From an uncultured Christensenella sp. (GTDB lineage Bacteria > Bacillota > Clostridia > Christensenellales > UBA3700), in NCBI GenBank assembly GCA_949298505.1, contig CASFWW010000038.1, positions 28,725 to 92,724 on the forward strand: 64,000 bases of DNA, in the 5' to 3' direction. Below the pieces are notes generated by a model. That model did no database searches. It was not told the DNA's origin and saw only the letters and a list, made by a program, of their open reading frames with translations. Position numbers and translations under genes: made by a program. Each line of letters starts with the position of its first letter. The stretch's first letter is position 1. This document shows positions 9,605 through 17,994 of this stretch, piece by piece.

Positions 9605-10099
9605 ATGATAACGTTAATAGTAAAAAACAAGATGTTTTCTATAAGGGGAAACTCTACGGTAAAAAATGAGAACGACGAAGATATGTTCGTCGTCAAAGGT
9701 TCGCTTTTTTCTCCCAGAAAGAAAAAGAGAATATACGATTTGGACGGGAACCTGCTTTACTATGTGAAGAACAAACTGATCAGATGGTTCATGAACAGCG
9801 TTTATATATACAACGCAGAAGGAAACAAGATCGCGCGCATAAAACAGAAGTTCAAGCTGTTCAAAAAGGAGTTCGTGCTCAGCGGTTACGCTGACGAGAT
9901 CGAGATAAAAGGCGATTTCATACAGCGCCGTCTCGAGATATTCAAGAACGGTGAGAAGATCGGCGAAGTGGGCAAGAAATTCGTTTCTCTGGTCGACAAG
10001 TTCACTCTGACTTGTTACAAGGACGAAGACGCTCCGCTCCTCGTCGCGCTGATTGTCGCGATAGACAACATCAACGACAAGAACGTAGCGGACAGCTGA
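9605..10099 (+). CDS. LURP-one-related / YxjI-type (tubby-like fold) family protein
   Basis: GGAGGAG RBS. About 164 aa with the pattern FSIRG.STVKNE.DEDMFVVKGSLFS..KK.RIYDLDGN.L, as recalled for PF04525-type bacterial proteins. Family assignment is from memory only. Confidence 0.55.
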   Translation: MITLIVKNKMFSIRGNSTVKNENDEDMFVVKGSLFSPRKKKRIYDLDGNLLYYVKNKLIRWFMNSVYIYNAEGNKIARIKQKFKLFKKEFVLSGYADEIEIKGDFIQRRLEIFKNGEKIGEVGKKFVSLVDKFTLTCYKDEDAPLLVALIVAIDNINDKNVADS

Positions 10100-10193
10100 C
10101 GCGATGCTCGTGCGGATGCGGCTGATACTGCGCGCCTGAATCGGCAAAGAGATCGGATTGACAAGCCGTACGAGGTTTTATATGCGGTTTGGC

Positions 10194-10225
10194 AAAAAAA
10201 TATGCGCCTCCCGGAAGGGAAGCGC
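10194..10225 (-). terminator. Rho-independent terminator after nrdD (possibly bidirectional)
   Basis: Minus strand: gcgcttccc-ttcc-gggaggcgc followed by atattttttt. Confidence 0.7.
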
Positions 10226-10247
10226 TTATTTTATGTATTATTCAGTA

Positions 10248-12626
10248 TCAGTTGTTAGCCGCTTTCTTCGCGGCGTTGACGTAGCGCATGATCTCGCTTA
10301 CGCCCGCGTACTTTTCAAAGCCGTCCGTGCCGGTCACGACCAGGGTGGGAGCCTGACGGATGCCGTAAGTCTCCACGAGGTTCGCGTTTTCTTCTGCAAA
10401 CAGCTTGACGTAGCTGACGCCGTTGTCGCTGAGGAACTTTTCGGCGATCTTGCAGTTGGGGCAGGTTTTGGTGGCGAACAGCGTCAGCTGTACGTCGCAT
10501 CCCGCGCTGCGGGTCTCATTGCATTCCTCAACGGGCTTTTTGCCTTTTTTGAGGGTGGAGTGCGCGATATCGTAGACCTGTCTGTCCTTGAATTCCTGCG
10601 ACTTGCCGTCGTTCCAGTTCTGGACGGGGCGGTAGTAGCCGGTGATACGGCTGTATACTTCGGTCTTTCCTCCGCATATCGGGCAGGTGTACTGCTCGCC
10701 GCTCAGATAGCCGTGATCCTTGCAGATCGAATAGGTCGGGGACAGCGTGTAGTAAGGAAGCTTGTAGTTGTCCGCGATCTTCTTGACGAGAGCCGCCGCC
10801 GCTTTCCAGTCGGGGAGCTTTTCTCCGAGGAACGCGTGGAACACGGTACCGGAGGTGTACAGCGTCTGGAGTTCGTCCTGAATGTCGAGCGCGTCGAAGA
10901 TGTCAGACGTGAAGCCGACGGGCAGGTGGGAACTGTTGGTGTAGTACGGCGTACCGTTCTCGTTGGCGGTGATGATGTCCGGGAACTGTTCCTTGTCGTG
11001 CTTTGCGAAACGGTAAGAGGTGGACTCTGCCGGCGTAGCTTCGAGGTTGTACAGGTCGCCGTATTCTTCCTGATAATCGGAAAGTCTTTCACGCATATGG
11101 TTGAGCACGTCCTTGGTGAACTGCTGAGCTTCTTCGCTCGTCATATCCTTTCCGATCCACTTCGCGTTGAGCGCCGCTTCGTTCATGCCGACGAGACCTA
11201 TCGTCGAGAAGTGGTTGGCGAAAGTGCCCAGGTAACGCTTGGTATACGGATAGAGACCTTCGTCGAGAAGCTTGGTGATGACGGTACGCTTTGTCTTGAG
11301 CGAACGCGCCGAGACGTCCATAAGTCTGTCGAGACGCTTGTAGAAATCCGCTTCGTTCTTTGCAAGGTAAGCGATACGCGGCATATTGATGGTCACGACG
11401 CCGACGGAACCGGTGGATTCGCCGCTGCCGAAGTAACCGCCCGACTTCTTTCTGAGTTCTCTGAGGTCAAGGCGCAGTCTGCAACACATACTGCGGATGT
11501 CGCTCGGCTCCATATCTGAGTTGATGTAGTTGGAGAAGTAAGGCGTGCCGTACTTGGAGGTCATCTCAAAGAGCAGTCTGTTGTTCTCGGTGTCGGACCA
11601 GTCGAAGTCTTTGGTTATGGAATAGGTCGGGATCGGGTACTGGAAGCCTCTGCCGTTCGCGTCGCCTTCGATCATGACCTCGATGAACGCCTTGTTGACC
11701 ATATCCATTTCTTTCTGGCAGTCCTTATACCTGAAGTCCTGTTCCTTGCCGCCGACGATCGCGGGAAGTTCCGCAAGATCCTTGGGGACGACCCAGTCGA
11801 GCGTGATGTTGGAGAACGGAGCTTGCGTACCCCAACGGGAGGGGGTGTTTACGCCGTAAATGAAGGACTCTATGCACTTCTTGACCTGGTCGTAGTTCAG
11901 GTTGTCCTTCTTTACAAAAGGCGCGAGATAGGTGTCGAAAGAGGAGAACGCCTGCGCGCCCGCCCATTCGTTCTGCATGATGCCGAGAAAGTTGACCATC
12001 TGGTTGCACAGGGTCGCGAGGTGGCTTGCCGGAGCCGAAGTGATCTTGCCGGGGATGCCGCCGAGACCTTCCTGGATGAGCTGTTTGAGAGACCAGCCCG
12101 CGCAGTAACCGGTGAGCATGCTCAGGTCATGGATGTGGATCTCCGCGTTTCTGTGCGCTTTCGCGATCTCGTCGTCGTAGATCTCGCTGAGCCAGTAGTT
12201 CGCGGTGATCGCGCCGCTGTTGGAAAGAATGAGACCGCCTACCGAGTAGGTGACCGTGGAGTTCTCCTTGACGCGCCAGTCGGTTGCCTTGACGTAGCTG
12301 TCCACGAGAGACTTGTAGTCAAGCATCGTAGACTTCATGTTGCGGATCTTTTCTCTCTGACGTCTGTAAAGGATGTAAGCTTTCGCAACGTCGGAGTAGC
12401 CCGCCTGGATGAGCACGGACTCAACGCTGTCCTGAATGTCCTCGACCGCGATCTTGCCGTCTTTGATCTTCGGCTCGAAGTCTGCGGTAACCTTGAGCGC
12501 GAGCATGTCGATCACGCTGGGATGATACTGCTTGTCGTTCGCTTCGAAAGCCTTGGTGATCGCAACCGCGATCTTTTTGATGTCGAATTCGGCTACGGCG
12601 CCGTCTCTTTTGATGACCTGATACAT
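10248..12626 (-). CDS. nrdD: Anaerobic ribonucleoside-triphosphate reductase (class III) with a C-terminal thioredoxin-like extension
   Basis: N-terminal ATP-cone (MYQVIKRDGAVAEFDIKKI). Zn ribbon CKDHGY..CPICG. Glycyl-radical motif SRITGYYRPV. Followed by about 106 extra aa containing LFATKTCPNC and YGIRQAPTLVV (Trx fold signatures). Confidence 0.92.
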   Translation of the reverse strand: MYQVIKRDGAVAEFDIKKIAVAITKAFEANDKQYHPSVIDMLALKVTADFEPKIKDGKIAVEDIQDSVESVLIQAGYSDVAKAYILYRRQREKIRNMKSTMLDYKSLVDSYVKATDWRVKENSTVTYSVGGLILSNSGAITANYWLSEIYDDEIAKAHRNAEIHIHDLSMLTGYCAGWSLKQLIQEGLGGIPGKITSAPASHLATLCNQMVNFLGIMQNEWAGAQAFSSFDTYLAPFVKKDNLNYDQVKKCIESFIYGVNTPSRWGTQAPFSNITLDWVVPKDLAELPAIVGGKEQDFRYKDCQKEMDMVNKAFIEVMIEGDANGRGFQYPIPTYSITKDFDWSDTENNRLLFEMTSKYGTPYFSNYINSDMEPSDIRSMCCRLRLDLRELRKKSGGYFGSGESTGSVGVVTINMPRIAYLAKNEADFYKRLDRLMDVSARSLKTKRTVITKLLDEGLYPYTKRYLGTFANHFSTIGLVGMNEAALNAKWIGKDMTSEEAQQFTKDVLNHMRERLSDYQEEYGDLYNLEATPAESTSYRFAKHDKEQFPDIITANENGTPYYTNSSHLPVGFTSDIFDALDIQDELQTLYTSGTVFHAFLGEKLPDWKAAAALVKKIADNYKLPYYTLSPTYSICKDHGYLSGEQYTCPICGGKTEVYSRITGYYRPVQNWNDGKSQEFKDRQVYDIAHSTLKKGKKPVEECNETRSAGCDVQLTLFATKTCPNCKIAEKFLSDNGVSYVKLFAEENANLVETYGIRQAPTLVVTGTDGFEKYAGVSEIMRYVNAAKKAANN

Positions 12627-12669
12627 TGTTTTCTCCTTCCTTTCCCGCCTTTATCAGCGAGCAAAACTA

Positions 12670-12698
12670 ATTATAGCATTGCAAATGCTGTATGTCAA
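12670..12698 (-). promoter_or_regulatory. Consensus sigma-A promoter of nrdD
   Basis: Minus strand: TTGACA, 17 nt (ending in TGC), TATAAT. Confidence 0.7.
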
Positions 12699-12708
12699 TA
12701 TATTGTGT
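12693..12708. promoter_or_regulatory. NrdR box 1 (overlaps the -35 element)
   Basis: tgtcaatatattgtgt, compared with the palindromic NrdR-box consensus (approximately acaCwAtATaTwGtgt). Confidence 0.6.
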
Positions 12709-12725
12709 CAATATTTTTTCTGAAA

Positions 12726-12741
12726 ACACAATATATTGTGG
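12726..12741. promoter_or_regulatory. NrdR box 2
   Basis: acacaatatattgtgg is a near-perfect NrdR box. Centre-to-centre distance to box 1 is 33 bp. Confidence 0.65.
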
Positions 12742-12908
12742 TTTGGGCTGTAAACGCCGCGTATTTCAAACGGTAATAAAACGACGTTTGACGCTGCCGG
12801 AACGGCTGAAATAACGTTTTTGTGTAAAAAAACGCGGATCGGGAGAGAGTGCGGGAGTACAGCCCGGTTGAGGTCGGGGGAGAGAAGTGAAAAGCAAAGA
12901 GGCGCAGT

Positions 12909-12939
12909 AAAAAGATCCGCTCCCCGCGAAGGGAGCGGA
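12909..12939 (-). terminator. Rho-independent terminator after nrdG
   Basis: Minus strand: tccgctccc-ttcgcg-gggagcgga followed by tcttttt. Confidence 0.65.
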
Positions 12940-12960
12940 CCGTCCGGTTGAAGTTTCGGG

Positions 12961-13647
12961 TCAGTTTTCTCCGCGTATCTTTACCGAAGGTACGAGGGGG
13001 CGCATGACGTCTTTGAAGGACTGAAGTTTTTCTTCGTTGCACGGCGAGAGATTTGAAAAACGCACGGCGTCGCTGTCTTTGAAATTCTGGATGAAGTAGC
13101 GGCTTGCGCCCTGTATCCATCCTGCGAGTTCCAGCATACTTTTTGCGTCGTGAAGTTCGTCCGTGACCGTGGTCCTGAATTCGTAATCCACCACGTCGGA
13201 CAGGAGAAAACGTATGCTTTGGCCGATCCTGCTCAGGTCAATTTCGCATCCGATTGTTTCTTCATAGCGCCCGGGAGAGTTCTTCACGTCCATTGCGACG
13301 GTGTCCACCAGTTTATCCTGTACGAGTTTTATCAGGCGATCTGGGTAAGAGCCGTTCGTGTCCAGCTTTACGCTGTAACCCATAGATTTTATTTCCTTCA
13401 GAAACAATTCCACGCCCGCGCTTGCTAGAGGTTCTCCTCCGGTGACGCATACGCCGTCGAGCACGCCTTTGCGTTTTTCGAGAAATTTCATCAGTTCGGA
13501 AAATGAGACGTCCTCTCCTTTGCCGGTAACTATTTCCCAGTTCTGGCAATAAGGACATCTGAAATTGCAGCCTGCAAGAAATACCGTGCAAGCCACTTTG
13601 CCCGGGTAGTCGAGAAGAGTAGTTTTCTGAAGTCCTGCTATCGTCAT
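12961..13647 (-). CDS. nrdG: Anaerobic ribonucleotide reductase activating protein (radical SAM)
   Basis: MTIAGLQKTTLLDYPGKVACTVFLAGCNFRCPYCQNW (CxxxCxxC) and GVCVTGGEPL. Internal ATG at 13647 preferred over the ORF-track start at 13701 (no RBS there). Confidence 0.88.
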   Translation of the reverse strand: MTIAGLQKTTLLDYPGKVACTVFLAGCNFRCPYCQNWEIVTGKGEDVSFSELMKFLEKRKGVLDGVCVTGGEPLASAGVELFLKEIKSMGYSVKLDTNGSYPDRLIKLVQDKLVDTVAMDVKNSPGRYEETIGCEIDLSRIGQSIRFLLSDVVDYEFRTTVTDELHDAKSMLELAGWIQGASRYFIQNFKDSDAVRFSNLSPCNEEKLQSFKDVMRPLVPSVKIRGEN

Positions 13648-13978
13648 GAAAGCCTCGCGGTCAGGGCGCGCGTCCGACGGGAAAAGAGATGCTCCGCTCA
13701 TGACGCCGCGGCTGATTTTTTAGTCGGAATCACATCCGCATATATTTAGAATATTTTATCGCAGGCGATTTGTCAACGTATTGGCAAAAAATACGCGCTT
13801 CTGCGGGGAAAAGAGAGCCCGGCAAAGGGAAGGAGGGAGGCGGGATATTATATGATCGCGGCACGTCTGCGCGTATATAAAATCCATATAAATCTACTCG
13901 CTGCATCTCTCAGGCTCAGGCGCGCGGAAGATATTGTTTTATGCGCCGGGCACGGGGGATGACGAAACCGTTCCGAGC

Positions 13979-14008
13979 GCAAAAAAAGCGGGCGCGTTTA
14001 CGCCCGCT
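13979..14008 (-). terminator. Rho-independent terminator after the AraC-family gene
   Basis: Minus strand: agcgggcg-taaacg-cgcccgct followed by a T run. Confidence 0.75.
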
Positions 14009-14031
14009 TCGTCCGGATAAAGGTTGTCCGG

Positions 14032-14799
14032 TCAGTCGCTGTTGTATTTTTCCGATCTCGGGATCTGAGTGTATTCCTTGGGGCTTACGCCTGTGACTTT
14101 CTTGAACACTCTCGAGAAATAAAGCTGATCGCTGAAACCGCACATTTCCGCGATCTCGTATATTTTATAGTTGTTGATGCTCTTGCTGAGCAGAAGTTTC
14201 TGCGCGAAACCTATGCGGGTGACGTTGAGGAACTGAAGCGGGGAGATGCCCTTTTCCTTGATGAACTGTCTGCGTATATAGTCCTTGCTGAGAGGGAACG
14301 TCGCATAAACGTCGTCCAGCGAGAAGTTGGGGTCGGAGAAATTCTCTATTATACTGTTTGCGATCATCTCAACGTGCTGAGAGCAGTTGTCGCTTCCGGC
14401 AAAGCCGGAAATGATGTTCAGGATGAGTTCCGTGAACGAAAGGATTATGTTTGCCTGGTTGGGAACTTCGGAGTTGAAGTAGCGGTAGCAGAGCGTCAGC
14501 ACGTTGAAGATATCCTTCTGCGGATTGTCGCTGAGAAGGATCGCTTTTTTGAACGAAGGCGTCCAGTTTGCCACCGTGAGGTATATATTCTTGAACCCTA
14601 ATTTGGAATCGTTGGTGTGCAGGGTGTGCGGCGGAATGATCACCACCTGGTTTTTTGTGTATTCGATCGCGTCGCTGCCGTCGAAGAAAGTGATGGTGCC
14701 GTCCCCGTTTGTGCAATAGATTATCTCCCAGTAATCGTGCTGATGCTGAGAGACGTGAAAGGTTTTCATGTTCTTTCCGATATAATTAATAATGGGCAT
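14032..14799 (-). CDS. AraC family transcriptional regulator (cupin sensor + HTH)
   Basis: N-terminal cupin-like region (HQHDYWEIIYC..IIPPHTLH). C-terminal AraC HTH (ISPLQFLNVTRIGFAQKLL, IAEMCGFSDQLYFSRVFKKVTGVSPKEY). GGAGGTGG RBS. Confidence 0.88.
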   Translation of the reverse strand: MPIINYIGKNMKTFHVSQHQHDYWEIIYCTNGDGTITFFDGSDAIEYTKNQVVIIPPHTLHTNDSKLGFKNIYLTVANWTPSFKKAILLSDNPQKDIFNVLTLCYRYFNSEVPNQANIILSFTELILNIISGFAGSDNCSQHVEMIANSIIENFSDPNFSLDDVYATFPLSKDYIRRQFIKEKGISPLQFLNVTRIGFAQKLLLSKSINNYKIYEIAEMCGFSDQLYFSRVFKKVTGVSPKEYTQIPRSEKYNSD

Positions 14800-14867
14800 A
14801 AATCCACCTCCGGGTATTATTCTAACTTATTTCACCTATTTTGTCCATAAATTTTTTACAATTTGCC

Positions 14868-14896
14868 TTGAAAAATTTTTTTCGTTATTTTATAAT
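14868..14896 (+). promoter_or_regulatory. Candidate promoter of the hexuronate/glycoside operon
   Basis: TTGAAA (14868-14873), 17 nt, TATAAT (14891-14896). Confidence 0.6.
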
Positions 14897-14972
14897 ATGT
14901 TTAACGGGCGCAGAGCGCACGTCTGGACGGATGCGGCAATACGGTTTACGCAGACCGTCGGAGGAGTATTAA

Positions 14973-15617
14973 ATGGACAAGCATGAAGTGTTTTCGGGCA
15001 TAAAAAAAGAAGGCGTCGTGGTCGTCATCAGAGGCGATAGCGTTGAGCAGGCGCTCAGGACGGTCGACGCTTGCTACAAGGGCGGCATCAGGTTTATTGA
15101 AGTTACTTTCACCGTTCCGCACGCGGACGTGATCATATCCACTCTGTGCGACAAGTACAAGGGCACGGACATGGTCGTAGGCGCGGGCACGGTGCTTGAC
15201 CCTGAGACTGCGAGGGCGGCGATACTTGCCGGCGCGCAGTTCGTTTTCAGTCCCAGCTTCAGCGAAGAGACGATAAAGCTGTGCAACCGTTACGCGGTTG
15301 CCGTGGTCCCCGGCATTTTCACGCCGACAGAGGCGGTGAAGGCTCTCGAACTCGGCGCGGATTTCGTAAAACTTTTCCCCGGAGACGTTGCGACTCCCTC
15401 GGGTCTCAAGTCCGTCAGAGGACCTCTCCCTCAGCTTCAGATCATGCCCACAGGCGGCGTGAGCCTCTCCAACGTGGAGGATTGGTTCAAAGCGGGCGCG
15501 GTAGCGGTCGGCGCCGGTTCGTTCGTGACCAAGGGCGCGAAGAAGAGCGATTACGAAGAAGTGGAAAAGACTGCCAGAGAACTGGTTGAAAAAGTCAGAA
15601 ACATAAAGAGAGGTTGA
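14973..15617 (+). CDS. eda: 2-dehydro-3-deoxyphosphogluconate (KDPG) / 4-hydroxy-2-oxoglutarate aldolase
   Basis: Typical Eda length and motifs (GGIRFIEVTF, GAGTVLD, AGAQFVFSP, VKLFPG, PTGGV). Confidence 0.88.
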   Translation: MDKHEVFSGIKKEGVVVVIRGDSVEQALRTVDACYKGGIRFIEVTFTVPHADVIISTLCDKYKGTDMVVGAGTVLDPETARAAILAGAQFVFSPSFSEETIKLCNRYAVAVVPGIFTPTEAVKALELGADFVKLFPGDVATPSGLKSVRGPLPQLQIMPTGGVSLSNVEDWFKAGAVAVGAGSFVTKGAKKSDYEEVEKTARELVEKVRNIKRG

Positions 15618-15621
15618 CATA

Positions 15622-16644
15622 ATGAGTATTTTGACTGTCGGAGAAATAATGCTCAGACTTCAGCCGTACGGATACAAGAGATTCGCTCAGGCTGAAGCGT
15701 ATGAAGCGGTTTACGGCGGAGGCGAAGCCAACGTGGCGGTGTCTCTCGCTCAGTTCGGAGAGGACGTTGCTTTCTTTACGAAACTCCCCGCAAACGCCGT
15801 TGCGGACAAATGCGTGGCTGAGCTCAGGAAATACGGCGTGGACACGAAGAAGATCGTGCGCGGCGGAGAGAGAATGGGCATCTATTTCTGTGAAAAAGGC
15901 TGTTCTCAGCGTCCGAGCAACGTGATATACGACAGGGCGCACAGCGCGATAAGCGAAATTCAGCCTGAAGACGTTGACGTCGACAAGCTTCTCGACTGCG
16001 TTGAGTGGCTGCACTGGACGGGCATCACCCCCGCGATATCGGATAAGACCGCGAAAGTTCTTGCGATCATACTCGATGCGGCGAAGAAAAAGAATATCAC
16101 CGTTTCGTGCGACCTCAATTTCCGCAAGAAACTGTGGAGCAAGGAAAAGGCGAACAAGGTGATGAGCGAACTCGTGAAGACGGTGGACGTGCTGATCAGC
16201 AACGAAGAGGACTGCAAGGACGTGTTCGGGATAGAGGCAGACGGCAGCAACATAAGCGGCGGCAAGCTGAGCAAGGAGGGTTATGCGGCTCTCGGAAGAA
16301 AAGTGCTCGAAAAATTCCCCGCGCTCAAAGGCGTTGCGTTCACTCTGAGAGAGAGTTACAGCGCAAGCCGCAACGGCTGGTCGGCTATTTACGTGACGAG
16401 AGACGCGGTTTTCTCAAGCAAGCATTACGACATAGACATCGTTGACAGAGTGGGCGGCGGCGACAGCTTCGGCGCAGGGCTGATATACGGTCTCAAGAAC
16501 AACCTGGGAGAGCAGGCGGCGCTTGAGTTCGCGGTCGCGGCATCCTGCCTCAAGCATACCGTGGAAGGAGACTTCAACGTGGTTTCCGTGTCCGAGGTAA
16601 AGAAACTCGCGGAGGGCGACGGCAGTGGTAGAGTACAGAGATAA
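15622..16644 (+). CDS. kdgK: 2-dehydro-3-deoxygluconokinase (PfkB family)
   Basis: PfkB signatures GGGEANVAV and DRVGGGDSFGAGLIYG. Operon context with eda and uxaC. Confidence 0.85.
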   Translation: MSILTVGEIMLRLQPYGYKRFAQAEAYEAVYGGGEANVAVSLAQFGEDVAFFTKLPANAVADKCVAELRKYGVDTKKIVRGGERMGIYFCEKGCSQRPSNVIYDRAHSAISEIQPEDVDVDKLLDCVEWLHWTGITPAISDKTAKVLAIILDAAKKKNITVSCDLNFRKKLWSKEKANKVMSELVKTVDVLISNEEDCKDVFGIEADGSNISGGKLSKEGYAALGRKVLEKFPALKGVAFTLRESYSASRNGWSAIYVTRDAVFSSKHYDIDIVDRVGGGDSFGAGLIYGLKNNLGEQAALEFAVAASCLKHTVEGDFNVVSVSEVKKLAEGDGSGRVQR

Positions 16645-17992
16645 CGTGATAAAGCTGCTCGGCAGTAAGCGCGCGGAAGAGATATACGCGGCGGTCAAGG
16701 ATCTGCCGATAATAGATTATCATTGTCATCTTTCTCCCAAGGAGATCTACGAGGACAAGCCGTTCGAAGATATCGGCGAGATATGGCTGGCGGGGGACCA
16801 TTACAAGTGGAGACTTATGCGCGGCTACGGCGTGGACGAAAAGTACGTCACCGGCGACGCTTCGTGGGAAGAGAAGTTTGAAAAGTTCGCTGAAGCGGTC
16901 GGTTATGCGCTCGGCAATCCGGTCAAGGACTGGGTGGCGGCGGAACTGATGTTCTTCTTCGGGATCACGACTCCGCTCAACAAGGATACCGCGAAAGAGA
17001 TCAGAGAAAAGGCGAACGCGGTGATAAAGGAAAAGAAGATTTCTCCGCGCAAGCTGATAGAGATGGCTAACGTCGAATATATCGCTACGACGGACGATCC
17101 CTGCGACAGCCTCGAATGGCATGACCTCATCGCAAAAGAGGGCAAGCTGAGCGCAAAAGTCGCCCCGACTTTCAGAACTGACAACCTCGTATCCGTAGAA
17201 AAGGCGGATTATAAAAATTATATCGCAAAGCTTGAAAAGGCGAGCGGAGTAAAGATCGGAGATCTGAACGGCTTTGAAAACGCGATAAACAACAGGCTTG
17301 ACTTTTTCGTGAGTCGCGGTTGCAGATTTTCGGATATCGGCGTAGCGGGTTTCCCCAAGGCTATCGCGGAAAGAAACAAGGCGGCGGAGACGTTTGAAAA
17401 GATACTTTGCGGCGGCGCTTCGGCAGAGGAGGCGGACGCGTTCAAAGGCTATCTTTACGTATATCTGGCAAGAGAGTACAAAAAGCGTTGCATAACGATG
17501 CAGATGCATCTTGCCGTGACCCGCAATTCAAACGGCGTTATGTTTGAAAAATGCGGCGCTGACAGCGGCTTCGACTGCGTGGGCGACGCGATAGATACGG
17601 TCACTCTGACGAGGGTCGTTGACGCGATGAACAGAGCAGGCGGTCTGCCTGAAACGATAATATACACGCTCAATCCGTCGATGTATTACACTCTGATTAC
17701 GATGATTGGCGCGTTCAGGGGAGTCCACCTCGGCGTAAGCTGGTGGTTCTGCGATCACAAGCGCGGTATGAGAGAGACCTTTGACAGACTCTCGGAACTT
17801 GGACATATATGCTCAATGGTCGGCATGCTTACCGACAGCAGAAGCTTCTTGTCCTATACGAGACACGACTATTACAGACAGTGCCTTTGCGATTTCCTCG
17901 CCGACAATTCGTCCGAAAGGGACGGAGACGCTCCGAAAGAGGTCGCGAAAAAACTGTGCTACTATAACGCAAAGAAACTTACGGAGGAATAA
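16625..17992 (+). CDS. uxaC: Glucuronate isomerase
   Basis: LPIIDYHCHLSPKEIYEDKPF is the hallmark UxaC N-terminus. GTG start at 16625, 8 nt after GGAGGG; overlaps kdgK by 20 nt. Confidence 0.9.
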   Translation: MVEYRDNVIKLLGSKRAEEIYAAVKDLPIIDYHCHLSPKEIYEDKPFEDIGEIWLAGDHYKWRLMRGYGVDEKYVTGDASWEEKFEKFAEAVGYALGNPVKDWVAAELMFFFGITTPLNKDTAKEIREKANAVIKEKKISPRKLIEMANVEYIATTDDPCDSLEWHDLIAKEGKLSAKVAPTFRTDNLVSVEKADYKNYIAKLEKASGVKIGDLNGFENAINNRLDFFVSRGCRFSDIGVAGFPKAIAERNKAAETFEKILCGGASAEEADAFKGYLYVYLAREYKKRCITMQMHLAVTRNSNGVMFEKCGADSGFDCVGDAIDTVTLTRVVDAMNRAGGLPETIIYTLNPSMYYTLITMIGAFRGVHLGVSWWFCDHKRGMRETFDRLSELGHICSMVGMLTDSRSFLSYTRHDYYRQCLCDFLADNSSERDGDAPKEVAKKLCYYNAKKLTEE

Positions 17993-17994
17993 TC

